From: Paragordius varius
Lineage: Eukaryota > Animalia > Nematomorpha
Assembly (NCBI GenBank): GCA_964247055.1
Contig: OZ176052.1
Coordinates: 11,160,001-11,224,000 of the forward strand
DNA: 64,000 nt
Direction of reading: 5' to 3'
Under the pieces are notes generated by a model. It saw only the letters and a program-made list of their open reading frames with translations. It made no database searches and was not told where the DNA came from. The position numbers were made by a program, and so were the translations under genes. Positions 52,220 to 64,000 of the stretch are shown one piece after another (the stretch's first letter is position 1; the number at the start of each line of letters is the position of its first letter).

Positions 52220-52908
52220 TTATGGAAATGTCTTCCATATCATAGGACCCTTATTCATATATTCGAATCTCCTCGCACCATTTTTCATCGGACTTTTAGT
52301 TTTTAAACTGGACACAAAAGTTGAATTGCATACTTTATCCAGCTTTTGCTTATGACAAAACTTGATGGAATTTACATATTGATCTGATCAATTTAAAAAA
52401 TACTTGTAATTGATTATTAACATAGAATAGCTTTATATAATAAATTACCTTTTGTATCGCTGGGCCATAATTCGCCGGATTCATTCAAGGAAAAGAAAAA
52501 AGTAAATTCCTTTTTGGGAGATATTTTTTGAATCGGTGATAAATTTTCGACAGCATTCGTATTGTCTACCACACTCTCTACAGAGGATTCGGATTTTTTT
52601 AAATTTTGCGACCAAGACATATTCACACTGAGACTATCAATGGCTGAATTTTCGACAGTAGTTTTTAGGTTCAAATGTAGATTGGAATCTAATAAATAAA
52701 TTAATAAGTAGTAATACATAATTCATTTTAGTTTAAAAAGTATAATAACAATATGAATACTAGATATTGAAAGGTGTAGATTGCTTTCAGACTCTGATTT
52801 AAAACAAGAGAATCTTGAGAAAAGTGAAATAAACCAATGATAATTGCGTTTTCCACACTCAACATTTTTTGTGTGATCTTTCCTTTTCCCAAACATTTTC
52901 ATGGTCAA
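52220..52908 (-). CDS. Orphan protein, array copy 2 (183 aa via a shifted acceptor)
   Basis: Exons 52908-52761 (148 nt), 52688-52449 (240 nt) and 52383-52220 (164 nt). The ancestral acceptor AG is now AA; a new CAG 12 nt upstream keeps the frame. Confidence 0.62.
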
Positions 52909-53869
52909 AAGACGAGTTTTAGTTTTAGAATATAGTTAGTTTTGATAGTTGTAAATGTTTAAAAATTTTAAATGATTAACCAAAATGATTGTTGTATAAT
53001 ATTGGTTGTTCTATTTTTTATTATATAAATGGTATTTGACATAAAAATACACTTTATGTTTTTGTTATTAACTCTTTTGTTAATCATACTATGTAGTTTA
53101 TCATTCATGTTAAAGATTGTTAGTGTCAATCTTGGATAAGAGGCGTTTTGGCAGTGCTAATTTTATTAATTATAAGTTAGTTATTATGCTTCTGTTTTCA
53201 AAAATTTGGTTCTTATGTAAGGAAGTTTTGATTCGGTTTTTCCGAAATGTTGACAACACAAAAAGCCGAGTTATGTTTTTGAATTAATTAAATCTCTTTT
53301 TCTGCGGTAAAGATATTGTGAAAAAGTTTTCAAATATTTTGTCATGTGTATTTAGCTAGAATAAAAATGGAAAATAAACTTTTTTTGTGTGCATTTGGGG
53401 TAAAAACTATACCTATTATACTATACGGTAAAAGGCGCACGGGTTCAATGCTTATATCTCTCTGATTACAATGCTAAATATAACAAAAACACCATAAAAA
53501 TTATAGATATCCCATTTAAAAATAGAAGAAGGACCATTTTTAAAAAATGCACAAAAAACTGTGTATCCCTCGCTATAATGACTCAAATTGTAGGAAAAGA
53601 CATGGCTCGTAATCCGCATCCTAACCTTTTTCTTAGAATTTCTAATTAAATTATTTTTGTATTATAAAACCAATTTTAATGTTTAGTCCTAATTTTTAAA
53701 TAATTATTGTTTAAAATCAAATTATTTTTCCAAAAGAACTAGTTTGTGGTTATTTTTTAGTTAAAGGTTTATCAGTTTTTTAATTAGATATTGTTCAATC
53801 GAATAGGTAGCATCATTTAAATTTAAAATTACTGTTTATTGGACTTATTAAAGGGGTTAGGGTTATACT

Positions 53870-56800
53870 TAAGGTGACCAGACGTCCCGCTTTTGGCGGG
53901 ACAGTCCCGCTTTTTCACATTTTGTCCCGCGTCCCGCTGCGTTTTTAAAATGTCCCGCTTTTTCACGATTATATAAAAAAAAATTTTTTTAATTCAAATT
54001 TTATCCGTTTAAATTTTTAAATATCTTTAAAATCTATTCAATTTTAAATTAAATTTTTTTATTTTAAATTAAAAATATTTATTTTTTTCGAATTTATATC
54101 ATATGATTATACACTTTGCTTCCTACTACTACTGCATTATCAAAAAGCCAAGTTAATACCACAAATCTCTAGATTAAAAGACAAATTAATGCCACAAATC
54201 GGTAGCTAACACGTTTATTTCAGAAAATTAAGGTGATATAATATTTACTGTGTTATCATTTTAGTTTTATTACTTGCTAACATATCAAAAAGCCAAATTA
54301 ATATAATATAATATTTATTATACTAATAGTAGTTTATAATATGAGCACAAAAAGAGGTTGTAAATTGATGAATTAATGATAGATTTTCCTTTTATCAAAA
54401 AACGAAGAATGAATCATCTGTTAAATGTCTTATATGCGAGGGGGAATTCACCCTAGCACATGGCGGCAAGCATGATATTACAAAGCATATGGAAACACAG
54501 AAACATAAAAAATGTTTAGATATGGCGGCATCATCTTACAAAATGAGCGATTTTTTTCGAAAACCGCTTTTGGAGAGGAAGAGAAGAATTTTTCACGCCG
54601 TTAATCACAATCATCCCTTTAGATCTATGGACTGTACCTCACAGGCTATTCGCACGTTATTCCATAAAAAATTTACATGTGCCCGTACAAAGGCTGAAGC
54701 CATTGTGTGCAATGTCCTTTCGCCACATGCATTTTCTGAAATACAAAAAGATTTGCTGAAAATTAATTTCTTATCCCTATACTCTGATGCATCAAATCAC
54801 CATGAAACAAAATTATTTCCCACTTTAATAAGATATTTTGATTCAGAAACCGGAGTAAAAATTAAAATTTTACATTTAATATTTACTTCAATAATGCATA
54901 TTCTAGAAAAAAATAATTTAAAAGACAAAATTATCGCATATTGCGCTGACAACACCAATACGAACTTTGGTGGAAAAGCAAGGAGGGGAACAAAAAATAT
55001 TTTTCATAAATTAACACATAATCTTAATCAAAACATAATTGGCGTTGGGTGTGCAGCGCATATAAAACATAACGCTATTCAAACAGCTGCTGATTTGTTA
55101 CCCTTAGATGTGAAAAATGGATTTGTTAAAATATATACCTATTTATATATATAAACGGTACGTTTTGAAACGCTTAAAGAATTATGTGAAAATGCAGAAG
55201 TTCAATATCAAAAAATGCTTGGATATTGTATGACTCGTTGGTTAGCTTTTATGCCAGCTATCAAAAGAATTTTAAAAATGTATGATCCTTTAAAATCATT
55301 TTTTATAACAGGACAAATGTCCTACAACTTTAAAAAAAGTTTTTTGAAAGTGATTCTTCAAAAATATGGTTAGAATTCTTACATAATCAAGCTTCTCTCT
55401 TTCAAAATGTTATTAAATTTATAGAAGGTGACAAAATTTCGGCAATCGAAGTAGCCAATGAAGTTAGTAACCTAATTCCAATGTCAAGAACGGTTAGAAA
55501 ATAATTTTACACCATTAACCATCGGCAATATAATAAATAATTTAGAAAAACAAGGCTTAATAAATCGCCAAGATATCCTGTACCATATAAAAATGTTTTA
55601 TACAAACTGTAAAAATTATTTGGAAGACTGGACGACGCAATTCAATGAAATTGATCATTTTCATTGGATAACATTAAAATCAGAATTAATTGGTGCGATG
55701 TTCAAAAATCATTTGATTATTTCTGTTCCCAAAAATTTAGTTAAAAGATATATTAATAATGAACTTAAATTATGGACAAAAAATATACAGTAGAAAAGAA
55801 ATGGTTGAAAATATTTCATCATTTTGAAGCCAACCTATATTACATACAATAATATTTTAAAAATTGTGGAATTCGCACTATCTTTACCTGGAACCAACTT
55901 TGCTACTGAGCGCGTTTTTTCCACAGTAAATCACGTGTGGACATCGGAAAAATCAAATTTAAATGTTGAAACTTTAAAGGCCGTTTTATCTGTCAAATAT
56001 AATTTGACAAATTCTTGTGAAGACTTCTACAATATTTAAGAAATGATGACAATCTGCTAAAAATTCACTCAAACAACAAAAAATATACCAATACCAAAGA
56101 ATAAAATATTTTCTTATATAAACATTTTATGTTAAAAAATAAACAAAATTAATCAAAATATTGTATAAGTCTTCATAGTTTGTCAAATTATATTTGAACA
56201 CATAAAATGGCTTTTATTCAACATTTAAATTTGATTCCGTGTTACTTAATTTACTGTGGAAAAGCGCGTTCAATAGCAGTGGTTCAGGTAAAGATAATGC
56301 GAATTCTACAGTTAAAATATTATTGTATGGAACATAATGTGTTTAAATGATTATTTTAACCATTTCTATCCTACGTATTTTTTTCTGCTATCCATAATAT
56401 AAGTTTTCATTCAATATATTTATTTAATAATGAGACTTCATAAAAAAGTGTCATTGTGCACCGTCTTGTCTTCCAAATAATCGTTTCTGTTTGTATAAAA
56501 CATTTTTATATTCTGGCTATTCATTGAGCCTTGTTTTTCTGGATGCTTTATAATATTGCGATTAGGTAATGGTTTAAAATCATTTTCTAACCTTTTTTGA
56601 CTTGGAATTTTGACCTTTGTCCTGTGATAAAAAATAGGATTCTAGGGAATCACATTTTTATAAATATTTCAATCACCGGCAAAAGAGCTAACAAACAGTT
56701 CTACAATATCCAAGCATGTTAACATCTATATTTTCCACATCCAGGGGTAACAAATCAGTAGCTGGAATAGCGTTGTGTATCTGCCAATAATGTTTTGATT

Positions 56801-57114
56801 AAGATTATTCGCGAAATTGTTAAAAAAAATTTGTGCCGCTTCTTGCATCACCCAGCGCACTTTGAGATGATTTCGTCTTTAATATTTTTTTCTAGAATAT
56901 TACAATCACTTCACCCTTTGTTCGTGCACATGTAAATTTATTGAATAAGGTACAAACAACCTGTAAGGTACAAATTTTTTTATATCTATAATGTATTTGT
57001 GTTTAATGCAAAATTTTTTATACATTTTTTGTATAAAAAATTTTGTTTGTACCCCCAATGACCCCCCTTCTCAGATTTGTCCCGCTTTTTCCTTCGAAAA
57101 ATCTGGTCACCTTA
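53870..57114 (+). mobile_element. 3245-bp hAT element with perfect TSD
   Basis: TIRs TAAGGTGACCAGA / TCTGGTCACCTTA with GTCCCGC subterminal repeats. TSD GTTATACT at 53862-53869 and 57115-57122. The empty site is visible in other array units (~50468, ~61487). Confidence 0.95.
54341..56040 (+). pseudogene. Frameshifted hAT transposase
   Basis: N-terminal C/H finger (CLICEGEF..HGGKHDITKH), SDAS and CADNTNTNFG acidic motifs, GCAAHIKHN (CxxH), TRWL, and LPGTNFATERVFS (catalytic E region). Split across several frames. Confidence 0.9.
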
Positions 57115-57953
57115 GTTATACTCCACTATATTTTGGAACATGACTGCTATACAGTCCACATAACATATTAAAGAATCTTGAACTGATCTAATTTGGATGA
57201 CCGTTTAAATGCCGTTTCTTAAACTAAAATCTATTTTAAAAAAATTACGCTGTCAGATTTTACATTGAAAATAGGGGGGAAGAGTTGTAACTGCTAAGAT
57301 AAAACATATGTTTATAAAGAACAGGTGTTAATTCTCAGAATTTTATGAAACGGTGATGATTGCTAAAAATATTTGCAAAGCGTTTTGTGAGCTAACCAGC
57401 AATTCCAGGCAATAAAAATAAAAACGTATGAATCCCTTGGTTTTAAATTGCACCACCAAAATTTTTATACTATTTTACAAAAAATTTGTCTGTAATCAAT
57501 TACTTATTATTTATTAGTTTATCTCTTTGTTTAAAAATCTAATGGTTGCTAATTACTACGTGTGCTTAATCTTTAATTTTTATATAATTATTTGTGGACT
57601 TTTTAATTTAGCAATCAAACTGGTAAATATAACATATTCCGTTGCACAAAATAAATCTGAAAATAAAATTATAGTTAGTTAGTTCCCCAACAAATATTAT
57701 ATTTTCTATTCCGCAATATTATATATAGTTCTTTCATTACACTACACACATTTGAAAAAATCTATAAAATGACAAAATAATAATAAAAACATATATTACA
57801 AATGTCATATTGTTTGTTTTTAAAAAGGGAAATATCTACGCATAAACTGAACTCTACGGACCTCGTGCCATGGTTAACATATCTTCGCGTCTATGGGACA
57901 CAGTAATTTTGATGACATCGGGAAATAATTTGACAAATGGTTTGTCTCATAAG

Positions 57954-59258
57954 TAGGGTTGTGCCCATTAGTTAATGACCTAGGGTCATTACCTAGGTCA
58001 TGATTTTTTATTTTTTTTAATTTTTTATTTTTTTTAGAATTTTTAGGAAAACAAAACCTTATATTATTTATATACGTATTATTTCGTTTTAAATATCATA
58101 TGATACACATCTTTTCTTTACTTCCTAAATCATTATGAAATCAGCCTTGTGGAAATTTTTCGATCAAATAATTCCAGTTACAAGCAAGAAATGCAATTAC
58201 ACTATATATATTTAAATAAAAACCGAATGAAGAAACATCTAAAAGAAGTTCATGAAATAAATTATATGACAGAAGGTGATGGTCGAAAAGCAAGCTAATA
58301 AGCTTAGTGTTAAAAATTTCTGTTTTCAAGAGAAATTAGCCAGAAACATTTAACAAAATTTATTTAAAAATCATCAAAACATAGTTGAAAATAAACATTT
58401 TCGGAGTATTCATAGTTTAAACCTAATTATGCTATTCCAAATAGAAAACAGATTTCCAATAAATTACTAGATTCATGTAATGAAGAAATAAAAATAGAAT
58501 TGGAATATGTAAAAATAATATTTCATTAATCGTGGATACCTTTACCAATATTCGTAGGGAGCAAATAATTAAAATTATTGGCCAAAGATCCTAAAAATCA
58601 TTTTTATTAACTATTGACACACCTTATCATAGTAAGATTGCCGAATATATCCATAACATAATGGAACCAATTATAAAAGATATTGGAAATGAAAAAAATT
58701 ATTGCCATTGTGACCTTTAATGCAGCGACACGAAGGCTCTGAAAATTTGATTAATAAAGAATATCCTAAAATAATATGGCATGTATGCTAATGTCATATA
58801 ATAAATAATTCGATCAAAGAATATATTAAACCTAATAAGATTACTGAAATTTTAAATGTAGCGAGTATGATTATATATTAAATCTAATAAATCGTATAAA
58901 AAATTTCAAAGTATAAAAAAACTTTGAACCATCCTAAGTTAACGTAAAGTTTATGGACAGTGACTCGTTTTTACACATAAAAAATTAGAGCATAAATAAG
59001 TTTCAATAAATCCATATTTTCTCGTTAGTTTTAGCTTTCTGTTGAAACTTTCTATAAGTCTTTATGTATGATTCCAGGAAAGATCGTTAATTGTGGAAAT
59101 ATAAATTATCAGGATTGGTGAAAGCATAATTTTAAAAAATATATACTTTATGTAAAAACCTTTTTTATGTGATTTAATCAAATATTTATGTATGTAGTTA
59201 TACATTATTGGCAATAACATATGGTATGACCTAGGTCGAACCGTCCGACCTAGGCCTA
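57954..59258 (+). mobile_element. 1305-bp internally deleted hAT element (DUF659-like transposase remnant)
   Basis: Perfect TSD CTCATAAG at 57946-57953 and 59259-59266. TAGG termini with GACCTAGG subterminal repeats. Remnants SLIVDTFTNIRREQII, IIAIVTFNAA, EYPKIIWHVC*CHIIN. Confidence 0.88.
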
Positions 59259-59809
59259 CTCATAAGACACTCTTTTTCTGGCATTACGCTCATAACCTGA
59301 GAGATGGGCGAAATGTGTAGAATCCGATAAAAATATTTTCAATAAAATAAATAAATAGTTCCATTACTAAAAAAACAGTAAAAACTTATCACTAAATCTG
59401 TAACATTTAAATAAAATTATCCTGTTTTCAATAGACGATTTTTTCATATCAATATCCCTTTAAAAATGGACTAAATGACAGCAGGCTGTTACATTTAAAA
59501 TAAACCAAGAGTCAATTAAAATGCGATGATCACAAAAATGTAGGTTACTGCCTTTTATTATAATAGTTCCATGCTTAGAAGAAAACATAAACTGAAAAAA
59601 TTGGAAAAATGAGTGAGGCTTTTCGTTTTTATTTCTGGTTAAAAAAATTATAAATATATTTACCAAAAATACAAGTTTTTGTAATTAGGTTAAAGTTTTA
59701 GAATGGTCAAACTTCTTAATTTTAAAACTTACATAAATAAAAATATAAAAAATATAACATGAGTTTTTTATATTTATTTAATTTTTATTACATATTGATA
59801 ATTATTAAA

Positions 59810-60492
59810 TTATTCAAATGTCTTACATATCATAGGACCCATATTCATATATTCGAATCTCCTCGCACCATATTTCATCGGACCTTTAGTTTTTAAACTT
59901 GTCACAAAAGTTGAATTGCATACTTTATCCATCTTTTTCTGATGACAAAACTTGATGGGAGCTATATATTGATCAATTTATCAATATTTATAATTGATTA
60001 TAAACACAGAATAGCTTTATATAATAAATTACCTTTTGTATCGCTGGGCCATAATTCGCCGGATTCATTCAAGGAAAAGAAAAAAGTAAATTCCTTTTTG
60101 GGAGATATTTTTTGAATCGGTGATAAATTTTCGACAGCATTTGTATTGTCTACCACACTCTCTACAGAGGATTCGGATTTTTTTGAATTTTGCGACCAAG
60201 ACATATTCACACTGAGACCATCAATGGCTGAATTTTCGACAGTAGTGTTTAGGTTCAAATGATGATTGGAATCTAATAAATAAATGAATAAGTAGTAATA
60301 CATAATTCATTTTAGTTTAAAAAGTATAATAACAATTTGAATACTAGATATTGAAAGGTGTTGATTGCTTTCAGACTCTGGTTTAAAACAAGAGAATCTT
60401 GAGAAAAGTGAAATAAACCAATGATAATTGCGTTTTCCACATTCAACATTTTTTGTGTGATATTTCCTTTTCCCAAACATTTTCATAATCAA
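59810..60492 (-). CDS. Orphan 179-aa protein, array copy 3
   Basis: Exons 60492-60345 (148 nt), 60272-60033 (240 nt) and 59961-59810 (152 nt). All splice sites are GT-AG and there are no stops. Confidence 0.72.
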
Positions 60493-62941
60493 AAGACGAG
60501 TTTTAATTTAGAATATAGTTAGTTTTGATAGTTGTAAATGTTAAAGAATTTTAAATGATTAACCAAAATGATTGTTGTATGATATTGGTTGTTCTATTTT
60601 TTATCATATAGTTTTGACATAAAAATACTCTTTAAATTTTTTTATTATTAATTGAGATTTCTTTTTAAGTTATGTAGTTTATCATTCATAGTTACAGATT
60701 GTTAGAGTCAATCTTGGATAAGAGGCGTTTTGGCAATGCTTATTTTATTAATAAAATGAATTTTAGTTAGATATGAGTATCAATCCATTTTTTATATAAT
60801 CAATATATATTTTAAGTATGAACATGATCGCTTACGTTTTCAAAAACTTGGTTCCCATGTAAAAAAGAAACCGTTTTGATTTGGTTTTTCCGAAATGTTG
60901 CCAAAACACAAAGCCGAGTTATATTTTTAAACTAAAGTTAAATCTCTTTTTATGCGGTAAAGATATTGTGAAAAAGTTTTTTGTCACGTATATTTAGCTA
61001 GCATAAAAATGGAAAAAAACTTATTTTGTGTGAAAAAGTATACCCAGCATACTATACGGTAAGGCGCACGGGTTCAATGCTTATACCTCTCTGATTTCAA
61101 TGCTAAATATTACAAAAACACCTTATAAAAATTATAAATATCCCATTTTAAAATAGAAGAACCTTTTTTAAAAACGCACAAAAACGGTTTGGTACTGTAG
61201 ATCGCTCGTTATAATGACTCGAAGTAGGGAAAAACATGGCTCGTGATCCGCATAACCTCTTACTTAGAATTTCCAATTAAATTATTTTTGTATTTAATGT
61301 TTAGGGTTGCTATTTTTAAATTATAATTGTTTAAAGACAATTTCTTTCTCCCAAAAGAACTAGTTTGTGAGGATGTTTAAGAAGTAAAAAATTTATCAAT
61401 TTTTTAATTAGTTTTTGTTCAATAAAATAGGTAGCATTATATGAGTCAAAATTATTGCTTATTGGACTTATTATAAAGGGGTTAGGGTCATACTCCACTG
61501 TATTTTGGAACTGCTATACAGGCCACTTTACATAGAAAAATCTTGAACTGATCTAATTTTAATAACCGTTTTGAAGCCGTTTCTTAAACTAAAATCCATT
61601 TTAAAAAATACGGTGTCAGATATTACATTGAGAATACGGGGGAAATAATTAAGAGTTGTAACCGATAAGACACAACATATGTTTATAAAGAACAGGTGTT
61701 GATTCTCAGAATTTTAAGAAACAATGATGATTGCTAAAATGAGTTGTAAAGCGTTTTGTTAGTAAACCAGCAACTTTAGAATCCGTTGGTTTTAAATTGT
61801 ACAGGCCAAAATTCAATTCTATTTTACAAAAAATTTGTCGTGTAATCAATTACTTATTAATAATTAGCTTATCTCTTTGTTTAAAAATATAATGGTTGCT
61901 AATTACTACGTTTGCTTTATCTAGATTTAGTTAATCTTTGATTTTTTCAATATAATTATATGTGGACTTTTTAATTGAGTAAACTGGTAAATATAACATA
62001 TTCCGTTGCACAAAAATAACCTGGAATTCTTACATAAAATTATAGTTAGTTAGTTCCCCAACAAATATTATATTTTCTATTCCGCAATATTATATATATT
62101 CATTTCTTTCATCAAAAATTTATAAAATGACAAAATAATAATAAAAACATATATTACAAATGTCATATTGTTTGTTTTTAAGAAGGGAAATATCTACGCA
62201 TCCGCTAAACTCTTCGGACCAGGCGCCATCTGGTTAACATATCTTCGCGTATATGGCAGACACTAATTTTGATGGCATCGGGAAATAGCTTGACAAATGG
62301 TTTGTCTTATAGGACACTCTTTTTCTGACACTGCGCTCATATATTACCTGAGAGATGGGCGAAATGTGCAGAATCCGATAGAAATATTTTAAATAAAATA
62401 TATAAATGGTTTCATTACTGAAAAACAGTTAATACTTATCACTAAACCTGATGGTATATGAAAGGCAATGAGGATAATGGTAAGTTCGCCCACCTCATTT
62501 TTAATATACACATGTTTAACATTTAAATTAATCTATCCTGTTTCCAATAAACGATTTTTTCATATCAACCTCCCTTCAAAAATAGACTAAATGACAGCAG
62601 GCTTTTATATTTAAAAGAAACCAAGAGTTAATTAAAATGCAATGATCACAAAAATGTTGGTTACTGCCTTTTATTATAATAAAGTTCCATGATTAGAAGA
62701 AAACTTTAACTTAAAAACTATGTGGATAATTTTGATTGGAAAAATGAGTGAAGCATTTATTTCTGGTTAAAAAACATTTTTTAATATATCTACCAAACAA
62801 TACAAAGTTTTTGATTTAATAAGGTTAAAGTTTTAGAATGGTCAAACTTCTTAATTTTAAAACTTACATAAATAAAAATATATAATAAAACATGAGTTTT
62901 TTATATTTATTTATTTTTATTACATATTGATAATTATTAAA

Positions 62942-63618
62942 TTATGGAAATGTCTTCCATATCATAGGACCCATATTCATATATTCGAATCTCCTCGCAC
63001 CATTTTTCATCGGACTTTTAGTTTTTAAACTGGACACAAAAGTTGAATTGCATACTTTATCCATCTTTTGCAGACGACAAAACTTGATGGGATCTATATA
63101 TTGATCTATTTAAAAATACTTGTAATTGATTATTAACACAGAATCTCTTTATATAAATTACCTTTTGTCTCACTGGGCCATAATTCGCCGGATTCATTCA
63201 AGGAAAAGAAAAAAGTAAATTCCTTTTTGGGAGATATTTTTTGAATCGGTGATAAATTTTCGACAGCATTCGTATTGTCTACCACACTCTCTACAGAGGA
63301 TTGGGATTTTTTTGAATTTTGCGACCAAGACATATTCACACTGAGACTATCAATGGCTGAATTTTCGACAGAAGTGTTTAGGTTCAAATGTAGATTGGAA
63401 TCTAATAAATAAATGAATAAGTAGTAATACAAAATTCATTTTAGTTTGAAAAGTATAATAATATGAATACTAGATATTGAAAGTAGTTGATTGCTTTCAG
63501 ACTCTGGTTTAAAACAAGAGAATCTTGAGAAAAGCGAAATAAACCAATGATAATTGCGTTTTCCACACTCAACGTTTTTTGTGTGATATTTCCTTTTCCC
63601 AAACATTTTCATAGTCAA
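62942..63618 (-). CDS. Orphan 179-aa protein, array copy 4
   Basis: Exons 63618-63471 (148 nt), 63401-63162 (240 nt) and 63093-62942 (152 nt). All splice sites are GT-AG and there are no stops. Confidence 0.72.
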
Positions 63619-64000
63619 AAGACGATGTTTTAGTTTTAGAATATAGTTAGTTTTAATAGTTGTAAATGTTTAAGAATTTTAAATGATTAACCAAAATGAT
63701 TGTTGTATGATATTGGTTGTTCTATTTTATATTATATAGGTTTGACATAAAAATACTTTTTAAAATTTTATTATTAATTTAGATTTCTTTTTAAGTTCAT
63801 AATATGTAGTTTATCATTCTTAGTTAAGGATTGTTAGAGTTAATATTGGATAAGAGGCGTTTTTAGTACTTTTTTATTAATTTAATAATTAAAGTTAGAT
63901 ATAAATATCAATCCATTTTTATATAATCTATATATATTAGTATGAACAAGATCGCTTCCGGTTTAAAAAATTGGTTCCCATGAAAAGGAAACCGTTTTGA

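Larger units (their letters stand above)
48020..64000. repeat. Tandem array of a ~3.1-kb unit (4 copies, last cut by the window edge) with three TE insertions
   Basis: Unit starts GGGAAATATCTACGCAT at ~48020, ~57829 and ~62186. Unit 2 starts truncated at ~51960. Same order of conserved blocks in all copies. Confidence 0.92.

Overview
AT-rich (roughly 25% GC by eye) nuclear DNA of an animal, judged from ZO-1, TMEM179, EDRF1, seipin and MPLKIP homologues. There is no prokaryotic content and no CRISPR. The ORF track is misleading because the genes are split by introns. By hand I could assemble nine conserved genes: CPSF4 (last exon), TMEM179, EDRF1, seipin/BSCL2, PIGF, RPL39 (absent from the ORF track), TATDN1, ZO-1/TJP1 and MPLKIP/TTDN1, plus a tRNA-Thr(TGT) inside seipin intron 1. 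The most striking property is at least 14 GT-AG introns of only 21-27 nt (mode 22), which coexist with introns of 0.2-1.7 kb that hold transposons. The last 16 kb is a tandem array of a ~3.1-kb unit. Each unit carries a mariner 3' relic and an intact three-exon orphan gene (exons 148/240/152 nt, 179 aa). There are four copies, one of which replaced a lost splice acceptor with a new in-frame one. The array is interrupted by a Helitron-like end and two hAT elements with perfect 8-bp TSDs, one of which holds an inverted internal copy of its own transposase. Dispersed MITEs include a three-copy TTAA-flanked family with piggyBac-like asymmetric ends. Gene names come from my recall of family motifs, not database searches. 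Exon assignments are manual and need RNA-seq. The species is not determined.
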